From: Octopus sinensis
Lineage: Eukaryota
DNA length: 64,000 bases
NCBI RefSeq assembly: GCF_006345805.1
Contig: NC_042999.1
Span: 6,882,001-6,946,000, forward strand
Direction of reading: 5' to 3'
The position numbers were made by a program, and so were the translations under genes. Positions 25,394 through 40,129 of this stretch are shown here, in pieces. The notes under the pieces were generated by a model that saw only the letters and a program-made list of their open reading frames with translations, searched no databases and had not been told where the DNA came from. Each line of letters opens with the position of its first letter. Within the stretch, counting starts at the first letter, position 1.

Positions 25394-26116
25394 TAAAGAT
25401 GGACGATCACCTGTGTGTAGATTGTGATAAGATTGAAGTTGTCTGTGGATTTTAGTTTCAGCAGTCACACACACACTTACACATACAGGAAAATACGTGT
25501 GTGTCTATGCAAATAGATAGTTACTGGCAGATACATACACATACCTGTATAAACCACTCCAGTTATATAAACGTGTACACGAAGAGAATTGCAGACACTG
25601 CAGAATGTTGGAGACGACATCGAGTGAAGATTCAATTTCTAACGACGTCAGATTTGTCTTTCGTTTTCTAAAGGTTGAAAAATAATTTTCGATTAGTTTG
25701 ATTTGGAGGAACAGGCTTCTTTGACAGCGGCATATCGCTGCAGCAAGAGAAACAAGGGTTGGGCGAGGATCCTTGAAAGCTGGAAAATATAGGGCTTTTA
25801 AAAAGTCTCTCCGCAGTAAATATCTTATTGCAAAATAAATATTTATAAGACGGTAGAAGTCTACAAAAGAATATATTAGACTTTACAAGACTTTGAAAAA
25901 TTTTATAAGAGACGTGTTGAAAGTGTCGTCTTTCATTTGCAATACATAAGTTGACTCTTCTACACATGTTTTGAAATACATCTTGGGGAGTGTGACTTTT
26001 GAATAATTAGGATGAAAAAAATTCACTGCGGAGAGACTTTTTAAACGCCCTGTATAAGGAATCGGTGCCACTGTAATTGCAGTTGGCATACGCAGAATGT
26101 TTGTAGGCCAGACAAG

Positions 26117-26264
26117 GTGGATAGACAAGCTGTCTAATGAAGAAGTGATGCCCTGAGCTGTGGTAAATAGGAAGCTGCTACGTGAGATAAGGGCCAAACA
26201 GCTGAGATTTCTTGGTCATGTGATGGGGAAAGAGAACTGCGAGGATTTAGCGATGACCGGAAAG
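26117..26264 (+). mobile_element. RTE LINE fragment, inverted relative to 24181-24328
   Basis: WIDKLSNEEVMP*AVVNRKLLREIRAKQLRFLGHVMGK; about 95 percent identical by eye to the minus copy. Confidence 0.8.
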
Positions 26265-26984
26265 AATTGTTGATGAGAAGGTTCATGACCATCGTTTGAA
26301 GAACATTTCTTAATGCAATAGAGGGTCTCTGCGTGGGGGATGCACCGTCCTAATTGCGGGAGCAGGTGAAAAATTACTTTTAGTGAAGTAGTTTTTGATA
26401 TGTTCAGGATGTGAAATCGCTAGGATTGAGTCGTTCATGGTTCTGTTTCAAATTCAGGGAATGGTAGGAAGAAAGGTCCTTTTCTTGAGACAGTCTTTTG
26501 TGTCGTTGAAGGAGAAAACATTGAAGAATGTTCTTGAAAGACCTAGAATTAGTACCGGTTTGAAATGAGGTGTTTAAGTTACACATAAGATATGGGTGGT
26601 TAAGAATGAGGGCAAGTTGACATCAGAACCGCAGGGATGAGCGTTTGTTAGTTGGAAACAAGGCAACAAGTAAATCACTTTTTGTTGTATAAAAGTAAGA
26701 GCGTTATGTACAAAGTAATGTGTTTCTGTGCGCGCGAGTATGGTGCCTATGAGACAGAGTAAACAAGAGAGACAGAACCAGGCAGAAACAAGGAAATGTC
26801 CCTTGTATTTGAATACTATGCAAATATTCTCTTAAAAAACTTTTCTTTTAATTTCTCCAAAATTTAACTGTTTTCCATACTTACAGTTGGAAAAGTCTCA
26901 ATGACCGAAACCGGTACTGAAATGTTTTTATAAAATTATTTTAGCATTTTCTACCTTGACTTTTTTCCACACATATATATAAGG

Positions 26985-27104
26985 AGAGTTTACGTAAAAA
27001 ACAAAAGGCGAAGACAGGTTGTGTAGAAAACAAACAGATATATTAGTATAACGCTCAGGAATAGAAAAAGTCTTTTATGTTTCGAGCCTACGCTCTTCTA
27101 CAGA

Positions 27105-27110
<6 letters not shown>
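26985..27110 (-). mobile_element. Penelope pLTR-like fragment with degenerate hammerhead (core CTGTAGA)
   Basis: Minus strand CTTT-CTGTAGA-AGAGCGTAGGCTC-GAAA-CATA-AAAG. Homologous copies at 33000-33130 and 47265-47385. Confidence 0.5.
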
Positions 27111-27194
<84 letters not shown>

Positions 27195-27460
27195 AATTTA
27201 GATCGATACATAGTCAGATATAGATATATACATACAGCAGATGATTTCCATGAAAAAATGATAGTACTGCATAGGTGTGTGAAAGTGTGTATGTGTGTGT
27301 GTGTGAGCCGTCTTTGGCGAATTAGTGGTATTTGATTTTAACATTGTTGCTGAGATGAAATTTAAAGAGCATTCACTGTTGACAAATGTTTAACTCTGTA
27401 TTCCCTCATTTGAACCAATTCAGCATCTTAAGTATTCATTTTGTCATTTATTGTTTACAG

Positions 27461-27577
27461 GGACGCTAATGTCCATATTGCCTGACACTCGAAGGCTAAT
27501 GCCTACATTGCCATCCAATTCTGTTGTTGAAGCTGATGCTGGGATTCAACGTCCGCAAGTCGATACACAGAGAAGAT
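27461..27577 (+). other. Candidate exon C (117 nt)
   Basis: TTGTTTACAG acceptor and GAT|GTGAGG donor. Only the phase-1 frame is open (TLMSILPDTRRLMPTLPSNSVVEADAGIQRPQVDTQRR). Confidence 0.35.
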
Positions 27578-27776
27578 GTGAGGCCGTAATGAATTGCTGA
27601 TTTAGAAAATTGCTATTTTTAAATCTCACAACGAGAAATATTTAGTAACAGTACTTTTTAGTAAAAATTGTTTAAAATGAGTAATTTTCTAATTTATAGA
27701 TCAGTGACTAATTGTCACTTTCAAAACTATATATTTCGAACGGGAATTTGGTAGCGTCACCCTAGTAAACAATTAT

Positions 27777-27821
27777 TCTGTGCTGATGAAGGGAAATAAC
27801 CCGGAAATTGCGATACACAGA
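27777..27821 (+). ncRNA. Type I hammerhead ribozyme
   Basis: TCTGTG-CTGATGA-A-GGG(AAATAA)CCC-G-GAAA-TTGCGA-TA-CACAGA: 6 bp stem I, intact core, near-palindromic stem III, cleavage predicted after A27815. Confidence 0.75.
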
Positions 27822-28562
27822 TATTGTTTTAAGCTGAGTGGGGGTGCTAGATTCCCTTGTTCGAAAATATAAGGACACAAATCGTGTCGTATAGCCAGCT
27901 GGAGACGATGTTTCCTGGGGTTAAATTACAGCAACATTCATCCTAAACCAGGACTGCCATGTTATGTTGGCAAACAATCTTTACTACAAGAAAATAATTG
28001 TTTTTCTGTTTATTAAAACCATAAACTCATATTCTCGCCATATATTTCATATTTAACTTCTGGATTTTGTATAAATGTTTTGTTGAAACTTGCACCTATA
28101 TAAAGAAATTTCTGGGATTTATATACAGATGATAGAGAAGCAAGTTCCAATACCATACACGCAATACTCTTTCATTACTGAAAGGCATACATCCACTAAA
28201 CACGTAACTGTTTTCTTTCTGAATTTCAGCCTCATTTTATTTCACGATGATTCTTAAAATATTTAATTCAATTTACTTTTTAAAGATACAATTGTCTATT
28301 GCCGTTTCCAACGTCAACTTCTGCACCACCAAGTTTTCAATATTCTGTTTTGAGACTTTTCTAACATAGAAAGAAAAGCAGCAGAAATATAGCAAAAACA
28401 TAAATTCGGAGTATATCCAGTGTTCCACTCCACTTGCCTTTCCTTGTCCAATTTTCTGTTCTTTCTGTTGCTTCAACCGTTGACATTAAATTCATTATGA
28501 CATTAATGTTAGATTATGTACTTGAATACATTTTATCACCTCTTCAAACGTACTTCTGTTAG

Positions 28563-28651
28563 GTCAAAGGTGTGCATTGATGTTCCTATTGTGCTATGAC
28601 TATGAGAATACGATGATGGTTGATAAATGTATTAATACTAGTGGGAGACAA
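28563..28651 (+). other. Candidate exon D (89 nt)
   Basis: CTTCTGTTAG acceptor and CAA|GTAAGT donor. Only the phase-1 frame is open (QRCALMFLLCYDYENTMMVDKCINTSGRQ). Confidence 0.35.
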
Positions 28652-29387
28652 GTAAGTTTTGTTTTGTACTTTGAAGTACATCTGCAGCTATCCAACGGCT
28701 GGACACATATCGGTTGCAGACTTTAACTAATGAATGTATTTTCATTGCAGTTCATTTGGTAAGTGTTATTCTGTGAACAGGATAATAAGAATTCTAATGA
28801 AAAGTGAGTATATGACATGCTGCTTGCTTAACCGAGAGTCGTTAATAATCATTGAGCTATTTCAATAGGAGACATAATTCATAATTAGGCAGGAGAAGTC
28901 ACCTCTGAAGAGAGAACTCCAGAGACCGATTAGTTAGGAGCCGCTGTTTCGTAGTGGATACTTTGTTTCTAATTACCTTCTCTCCATTGTAAATTTATAC
29001 CGAAGCTACATGAAATTCTGTAATGTTAATCTGGAGGGAATTCGTAACGCAATAGCAGCGAATTGACGTCCACCAAGAATCGAAACCGTTTTTCGAATAA
29101 ATTCATTTAATATGGCGTCTTGTTTATAATACAGAGCATGTATATATGATATTGTAACGATAGCTCGTTTAATTGACGGTGAAGGGAAGGCCTTAAGATA
29201 TTTTGATTACGTCCCTTTACATATGTGTTCAGGTCACACCAATTCTACCTTGCCTTTCACCTGTAAAGTTAAATTATACTGTACGCACATCGGTTACAAA
29301 CTTTTACTAATAAATGTATTTTAAAATAGTGCACAAGTACTAGGTCTCCTACACACACAAATACACGCACATGTGTATATGTGTGTT

Positions 29388-29456
<69 letters not shown>

Positions 29457-29494
29457 ATGTATGTATATATATATATATACATACACACACGCAT

Positions 29495-29562
<68 letters not shown>

Positions 29563-29785
29563 GTATATTAAGAATTATTGATAAAGGAGTGCTAAGCCAG
29601 GTAGAATACTTCACAATGTCTCTGCTAATTCTAATACACCAGACTAACAAAATGTTTTCAGATTAGTAAAGAGCTCCAGGTAATCGTAAGGGAAAGTCCG
29701 AAGGTGAAGTCAATCACCAACCAATTTTGTAAACCCATGGTTGCACTTCCAACTTAAACTGGTCTTTTACACAGACTGATATACA

Positions 29786-29993
29786 AGAAAAGGCATAAAT
29801 AATAGGCTTTACATATTTTTATTAGCGCATTTCTGACTTCCGGTTGTTTCTGCTATGCATTATAGTTGCCCCCTTGGCTCTGTTTACCGGTTGAGTAAAC
29901 AGACATGAACGCACCCGTAATGCATATCAGAAACAACTGTAAGTCAGAAATGCGCTAATAAAAATATGTAAAGTCTATTATTTATGCGTTTTC
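29786..29993. repeat. Near-perfect hairpin / MITE-like foldback (~75 bp arms)
   Basis: 29786-29862 pairs with 29918-29993. The loop contains a second hairpin, TCTGTTTAC/GTAAACAGA. Confidence 0.8.
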
Positions 29994-30224
29994 TTTCACA
30001 CACAGTTCTGGTTTGGCGTCCAGATGCGCATTTTCCATTCCTGAATAACCTGGATCCCAATTCATGGAACTGGATGACTCTTATATAAAAGCATGCGATA
30101 CGTTCTCCATTCTGCTCTCAGCATTTTCAAAAACTGTCACTGCTCCGTCCGAGACCTTCACCACTGAAAAGAAGTAATTTATTTGGATCTCTTTCTTTTT
30201 TTCTTCTTTCTTTGTCTCATTTAA

Positions 30225-30770
30225 TAGACTGAGACCATTCTGGGGCACCTCCTTGAAAATTTTTTATTAAAACGAATCGACCCCAGGGATTATTATCTTT
30301 TTCTAAACCTGGCACTTAATCTATCAATCCTTTTTGCCGAAACGCTATGTAACGACGACATAAACACACTAACACCGGTTCTCAAACGGTAGCAGGGGAC
30401 AAAAAGATATACAATGACACACGCACGCGCACATATACGACGGGATGCTTTCAGTTTCCGTCTCAGAAATCTACTCTCCAGGCTTTGGTTGCCTCAAGGC
30501 TATAGTAGAAGCCATTTGCCTATGGTGTCACGCAGTGGGACTGAACTTGAAGACATACGGTTGAAAAGCGAACCTCTTACCACACAGCCACACCTGGACG
30601 TGGGGCCTGTCGATTAGATCGACCCTGTACACAACTGGTACTTAATTTATCGACTTTGACAGGATGAAAGGCAAAGTCGTCCTCGGCGTAATTTGAACTC
30701 AGAACGTAAAGACACGAAATACCGCTAAGCATTTTGCCCGGCGTGCTAACGTTTCTGCCGCCTTACCATT
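30225..30770 (-). mobile_element. Old family B SINE followed by a family A/C SINE
   Basis: Degenerate matches to both families. Confidence 0.65.
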
Positions 30771-31571
30771 AAAAATATAGGAATAGCTCTTGTAGTTAAG
30801 ATTGCTTGCAATAACTATAGGCATTGACAGCACTTTTTCCAAGATATTAACTTTGAAAAAAATCCTTGCTAACTATTCAATAATTTATTATGACGAAGAT
30901 AATGTGTTGTAACAAAAAACATGTTTCTACTGAGTTAATATTTCCAAATTCCCCATTGCTAGAAGCAGCTGTAATTACATCGTTATTTTAATTATACACT
31001 TAATTTAAAGTCTATATTTGCTCGGGAAAACCTATCATTATTTCTCTGAATTCATCCACTCTAAATTTTCTTACAGTTCGTAAGGAGTAAAATCGAAAGA
31101 AACTTTTGTAAATAGGAAAATAGATTCCGAACGTTATTAGATTAGGTTTATTCTGTTGTTAAATGAAATATGGCTTCTGCTGATGGTTCTGGAAAAGTAA
31201 GCTGAAGGTGTTCAAATATTTCATGAAGTTGACTTTACACATACATACATACATACATACATACATACATACATACATACATACGTACGTACGTACATAC
31301 ATACATACGTACGTACGTACATACATACATACGTACGTATGTACATAAATACATACACATATGCATATATATACAAACATATATACATGCTTATATATCT
31401 ATGTGTGTGTGTTTGTGTGTGCATGTGCTTGTGTGTGCGTGCGTGTACCAACTTTTATATCTTTATATATGCGATTTGTTTATAGATTTGAATTTTTGTT
31501 TTTGAATGAAAGTAGCTATATTTCTCCACATAGAAAAAATACATCCAAACATACATATATGCATATATATA

Positions 31572-31638
<67 letters not shown>

Positions 31639-31759
31639 TGTGTGTGGTGTGTGTGTATGTATGTATGTATGTACAAGACTTGTTTTCATATAAAAATGTT
31701 TTACTGGAAAAACAAAAAAACTGTTCTGCGGAAGTATTTTTTTCACAAAATACACGTTT

Positions 31760-31837
<78 letters not shown>

Positions 31838-32903
31838 ATATCATGAATCATATTGTACCAAGTCTAATTTTGCAGAAGAATTTTTTCAAAAATAAATTTT
31901 GGAAAATAAAATTAGAAAATAAGATAAATGAATAAATAAAATGAAAATATAAATAAAAGGATAAGTCAAAATACTACTTTACTGAACGGTTTGCGCTGTT
32001 TTTCAACTTTTCGAATTGTGAAGTTCGCTCTTGAGGGAAGTTTTTTAGCATGTACATATATAAAAATATACGCTGTTGTTTATGAAGCCATAGTTACAGC
32101 CGTGCTCCAAGACAATGTAATTGAGAAGAAAAATGATATTGGTTTATGCTAAGGCAATTCTAAAAGCCGTTATGCAAACTACCAACCTTCTTTCAGACAC
32201 ATTGCTAAAAGAATGTGGTATGCGGTGTGCGTTTAATCTGAACACTAAATGCACACCACATGCAATCAAGTGGAAAATCTTGGAGAAATTTACACTATAT
32301 TGAAATGGTTCAAAGAGATGTAAGTTATGCGTAACTGAAAGATCGCGCATTCTTCTAAGCTACAAGAACTCCACCCCACTACTTAATTCCAGATTCGAAA
32401 TTTTTAACAAATGCAAGCATATGAACAAGTTTCTTTTGTCGAACTGGAGGACACCTCTCTCGCCAGATTGAGTAGCTCTCTTACAGACTTTGGACTCATA
32501 TCTCCTTTTATTTTACACCAGCTGCATTAATTAAGGGGACAAAGATTTTTTTTTTTACTTTTCTTTGCCTTCTTCTCGTTCCAATTTTTGCACCAGGCTT
32601 CTTCGCATCTTTTCTTCTCGTTTTTTCCTTGTGCTTTCTCATAGCTCATCGTTCGGTTTTTTAAATATATCTAACGTATGAACAGTAACCTACAGATTGC
32701 TTGGAAATACATGACTTGTTATATAAAACTATTAGTTGTTGTTTTGTAATTGGGTTTATTAAATGATATTTATCTCTCACTGGATGGAGTACTTTTGGTC
32801 GATCGTACCCATATTGGAACTGGAACTATAAACACACACTCTCTCTCTCTCTTTCTCTCTCTCTCTTCTCTCTCTCTCTATGTATATATATATATACACA
32901 CAC

Positions 32904-32950
<47 letters not shown>

Positions 32951-33289
32951 TGTATAAATGTATATTATATATATATATGGTTCAAAATTATACAAGAAAC
33001 AAAAGAACAGAGGCCGATGAGGGAACAACAAGCAAAGGGTATTACTTTGACGCCCAGGAAAAATAGGAGTCTTTGAGTTTTTGAACCTACACTCTTCTAC
33101 AGAAAGCAATGAGAAGTAAGAACAGATGGAAAAGGAAAAAGTGGTGAGATAAAGAAAACGTGTCTGGATAAAATGTTGCAAATGTACGGAAACAAACATA
33201 CACAATATACATACATAAATACGCACACACACACATATATGTACATGCACATACATACGTAAGTACATTTATATATAATTAATCCAAAC

Positions 33290-33495
33290 AAGAAAGCACA
33301 AAAAAACACAACAACGCGAGGACGTGGAACAAATATAGTATTATTGGACGCTCAGGAAAGAAGGAAAGAAGGAAAAAATGAGGCATTAACGTTTCGAGCG
33401 GAGCTCTTCGTCGGAAACATAGGAGAAGGAAAGATCCAGAGAAGGGAAGACAGAAGAAAAAAATCGCCAACGGTACACACGAGGTCACATTTTGA
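33290..33495 (-). mobile_element. Penelope pLTR-like segment with variant hammerhead (core CCGACGA)
   Basis: Minus strand GTTT-CCGACGA-AGAGCTCCGCTC-GAAA-CGTT; homologous to 58090-58290 (+). Confidence 0.55.
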
Positions 33496-34186
33496 CGTAC
33501 GACTATTCTTTCTTTCTATCAGCTCTTTCACGCATATTCGTTCATTCCACTCTTCATTCTTTTGTTTCCCCTCCCTCACATTTCCTTGCCTTCTCTTCTT
33601 TCTCACTTACCCTCCTCTTTTCACTTCAATGTGTCCTTGTCCTATTTCTCGCGTCTCCTTAATTCTTCTGTCTCTCTGCCTCTACCTCTCTCTCTTCCCT
33701 CCCCACGTGACCACTGTTCGGCTAAGACTGATCTTTCTCTCTTGCTTCGGCCGTCGTCCGTGCAACATCTATATTCCTCCCCTTGTGCCTGTAAAATCTT
33801 GTATCCATGATGTAAGGCTTTATTTCCACACACGCTAGCTTAATTTAATTCGTCCTCAGTCGAAAGACACCTGTTGTTATGTCCTGTTATTTGTATTTGT
33901 GTTACATTCTCCATTTTTTCCGTCCTTGTTTTCGTATACATTCGCTGCTCTCTTCCAAGGAATCTAAGGCTCTTACCTTAGTTTTTCTTTGGGACTGGCC
34001 AGATTGGAGCAATCTCGAGTAAAACCAGCCGAAATTGCAAAGATAATCTGGAACTCGACTGAGGAAAGAAAACTCTGAATGACTCGTCCTTGTTTTCTTT
34101 GTATCGTCTGTCTGGATGTTTTGTTGTCCCTTTCTTGTATCACCTAACTGTCTGGATGTTTTGCGTTCTTGTCCCATTTCGCATTA

Positions 34187-34218
<32 letters not shown>

Positions 34219-34436
34219 GCATACATACATACGAGCATATATATATACATATACATATACACAAACTCATACATATATATATGCATATATATATGTGTGT
34301 ATATATATATATAAGTATATATGTATATATATGTATGTTTAATATACATATATACCAACATATATAATACACATATATATATGTGTGCATATATATATAC
34401 ATACATACATACATGCATACATACATACATACAAGG

Positions 34437-34480
<44 letters not shown>

Positions 34481-35384
34481 TAATCTATATATATATATAT
34501 TAGAATATATAATATATAGGTATATATGTACGTATATGTATGTGTGTATGTATGTATGTATTTACATATATTTACATATAACGTTATCTTTTACTTTTTT
34601 CAGTCAGATCATCTGCTGATATATATATATATATATATATATGTATCTACAGCAGATGATCTGCATGATCAAAAATATAGTACTGTATTGCTGTATAGTG
34701 TGTGTGTGTGTGGTTGTGTGTGTGTGTGGTTGTGTGTGTGTGTGTTGTGTGTATGGGCAAATAGTTTCTTCAACAGATACACACGGTAAGACGACTCATA
34801 CACACACGCGCACACATAAACTTATAGTCATATCTTTCTATGCAGAGCCAGTATAATATATCTAATTGGAATATTCGAAAGTAGACGTTTACACCATCTT
34901 TTATTCTTCCCCGGCACTTCCGTGTGTATTTGGGACATTGTCAATAGGGAGACATACATCGAAATGTGTGTTATCTTGTTATGGCGATTATATTTAAGAG
35001 ATATAATTACAAACCCAAATGAGTGGCTTACTCGACAAAATACTAGCTGAACAGACATATGTGGTCTGTTTGACAATTCGATTATAGTTATTAGACGATA
35101 GATCGATCGATCCTTCCGCAAGTACAACAACAGTTCGAATATTTACACAAGCCAAACGATTAAAAAACTTGGCAAAGAGTCGCAACGTAACAGAAATTGT
35201 TGTTTTGTTGTTGTTGTTGTTGTTGTCGTCGACGCTCGCCCACTCCGACAAATTACACCTTATTGTATCGGAAGAGGAATTGTTAGGAAAATAACACCAC
35301 CAGATACATTGCTTTTAAGCACAAGATTGATACTGATTTGTCTAAAAACTGTATGCTAAATATATATTATATATGTATATATAT

Positions 35385-35461
<77 letters not shown>

Positions 35462-35492
35462 TAATATATATATTATATATATATGTATATGT

Positions 35493-35533
<41 letters not shown>

Positions 35534-35551
35534 TATATATATATGTGTGTG

Positions 35552-35582
<31 letters not shown>

Positions 35583-36231
35583 CTATATGCATAATATGTA
35601 TATATATATATGTGGTGTTGTGTGTGTGTGTGTGTGATGTGTGTGTGAGGTGTGTGCGTGTTGCTGCTATATGAAGTGTTTTTTTACCATAATTTACAAC
35701 GTCAGCGAGACAGCAGTATAATTATAACATATAGATGTGCAATAAAATATTGTATTTTAAAAAAAAAACGCGTGACATAATTGATTTGGCCATTAAGATA
35801 CTATTTAAAGACGACTTCATAATATCGTGTCTGTCTGCCGATGTATTCTAGTCTAACAATTTATATCGCTGATTACGAAAGGAAATGGCAGCTCCGAATA
35901 TTGCTTTGAGGGATCCGAGAGTGGTCGGAGTATGTATTGGAGTTATCCTCGAACCAGGTTCTTGGCTGGAAGTATTGGAGCAAGGTAGACTAAAAGTACT
36001 CAGGGACCAGTTCCTGGTATTAAACAGAGCGGCGGATTAAAGTAACCTCCCGGCAATAGAAATGTTTCTGTCCACGCGACATTATAGGAACAGCGTATTG
36101 CCTCCCACCTCAAAGAATCTCTGTTTTTTTCTATAACGAAAGACTTTTTCATTTCAAGAAATGTTCACGTTTCTTTTTGTTTTTGTCCGAATAAAAATGA
36201 AGTCACACATGCCGGATGACAGGAATAAGTC

Positions 36232-36338
<107 letters not shown>

Positions 36339-36689
36339 TCACACACACGCAAGCCTTTAGCAGAAAACATTTGATTACTGAGCTGCACATTGGTTGCGAG
36401 GTGGTTACGAAACGAACTTCCGACAAAGGCAACCATACAACCATACAACAATACAGCCATACCACCTGTCGTCCCTCTCTAAGAAGTAAATTATGAAAAG
36501 TTCGAATTCAAACTGGAAGGAACTCCCATTTAATAAACGGATAAAATGGCGGGCTCCCTAATGCTGGGAAAGCACCGAATCTCATCACACTTTGAAAGCT
36601 ATTTCTCATCACATAACTTGTTATGGACTTCTCTGTAGATGAATTATTTTCAATGGCACTTCTTTCATTCCTGTATAAAAGCAAAAATA

Positions 36690-37404
36690 CAGGGTGTCCA
36701 TAAAGTCTCTTTACAATTGTAAAATTTTATTACAAAGGTAGTTGACAAGATATCTTAACCAGATTTGTTTAATTGTAATAATTGTTTATTAAAGTTTTTT
36801 AGCTGTTATTTAATAGACCTCAATATGGGCACCATTAGTTGTGCTAAGTACATCAAGACGGTACTCGATTTCTTGCCGTGTTCGCTGTAGGAGATCCTCA
36901 TCAACGGTGGCAATGGAATTACGAATCCTTTGCTTCAAGTCAGAAATGTCCCATATCTTTGTTTGATACACGATATATTTTACATAACCCCATAAAAAGA
37001 AGTCCAAGGGAGTGATACCTGGCGAACGTGGTGGCCATGGAATTGGTCCATCTCTTCCAATCCATCGGTATGGAAATGTTTGATTGAGGAACTGACGAAC
37101 ATGCCGTCCCCAATATGGTGGTGCATCATCTTGCTGGAGAATGATGGTTGGTTGTAAATCAATCAGTTGTGGTGCCACATATTCGGCCAGAAGGTCGAGG
37201 TAAACATCTGCAGTAATTGTTTCCTCGTTAAAGAAAAATGGACCAACCAATTATTCGATTGCTCATGATTCCACACCACACATTCAATATCAATAAAAAG
37301 TGTAATAAACAATTATTAAAATAAAACAAATCTGGTTAAAATATCTCATCAACTGCCTTTGTAATAATTTTTTAAAATTGTAAAGAGACTTTATGGAGAC
37401 CCTA
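36690..37404 (-). mobile_element. Internally deleted Tc1/mariner element with long TIRs and TA TSD
   Basis: TA|CAGGGTGTCCATAAAGTCTCTTTACAA... and its reverse complement ending at 37404|TA, about 100 bp TIRs. Retains the transposase C-terminal half (QQDDAPPYW...WPPRSPGITPLDFFLWGYVK) at 36810-37250. Confidence 0.9.
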
Positions 37405-37943
37405 TATTATACAACCTTGCTGTGTCAAAGAAGTATCCAGTCGGTCAGAATGAAACTGTCACTGTCAACGAGCAAAAGCGACAAGTACGGAATAAGACAG
37501 AAACACTTCCCAGTCTATAAAATATGGGGGGTCATTTTGGCACAGACTGCATTCTTCGTAAACGGAAAGAAAAGGTTAAGCCGAGAATCGAACTTGTATC
37601 ACTTACTCGTACCTTGTATTAATTTTCATTCCTATTTCAGTTTATAGAATATTAATCCCACCAACCGAATAAAGGATAATAATTTTAATTATTGTCAAGC
37701 AATTCCAATATACGTCGTAGCAGAAACTGTTTCATTGAGTAAAGAAATAGTTTCACCTTTTTATTGGAAACATTTCAATTTCACTTTCCTATATTGAACA
37801 TGGCGAACAGAAAACAATCTTTATCACGGCCATATTGATATTAACATACAGACACACACAAACATACACACGTGCATGAATAACACGCATACGTATAGTG
37901 TCTTATCAATATATTGATATATATACATATACACATTTCAACA

Positions 37944-37981
<38 letters not shown>

Positions 37982-38161
37982 TATATATTCATATATGAGA
38001 ATGAATCAATTTGTACTTCTGATATATATATACAAATATCTTGATGGAAATGGTAAGACAACAAAAGAATGAAAGAGACCTCGATATTATGTATATAATA
38101 TATACATATATGCATATACTTACGTGTACTTATACATATTGATTCCTATCAATATATATAC

Positions 38162-38225
<64 letters not shown>

Positions 38226-38483
38226 ATGAATGATTGTATCTATAATAAACTAATGCACACACACACACACACACACCTGCACACGCACACATACACACAA
38301 ACAGAGACACAAACATATTTGTGTTTACACGTTCTAGTAACCACACATAACCCTTATGCACACCTGGAATTTACTAATCTATAAACAATTAGATACATGT
38401 CTCTACCAGACGCGTATATCTTCCTGTACACTCGTTTACATCTACACACTTACCCACCGCTCCACAATCATACGTATATATAT

Positions 38484-38548
<65 letters not shown>

Positions 38549-38931
38549 TGCACTTACATATTTTCTATTGGTTAATCTGCTCTCGCTTATGGATTTCTGT
38601 TTTCATTTACAAAAGATGGCTTTATTCCTAAGTATGTTTATGGAAATCAATGTTTAATATATAAACGTTATCAACAAATGTGAACAATAGTTTGCACAGA
38701 AGGTTTTAAGAGTTGAGATGAGTGCAAGTGAATTAAGAGAATTTTCAATTGAAAACACTTGTTTACTCTGTTGCCAACATAATATCGTTTAATTATAAAA
38801 TCTACGACGAAATTATTGTGGATATTATAAAGGCTAATAGTCATTGCATGAGCTTCAGGGCTGGCGAGTGCCTTTAAATCTTTCTGATCGTATCACCTGC
38901 GGTCGACATTGTTTTTCACCTCTCTCTTACC

Positions 38932-40129
<1,198 letters not shown>

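Noticed and set aside
25560-26640. Possible further Penelope coding relics on the minus strand around the RTE fragment
   Set aside because: Only vague motif resemblance with many stops and frameshifts; cannot be supported.
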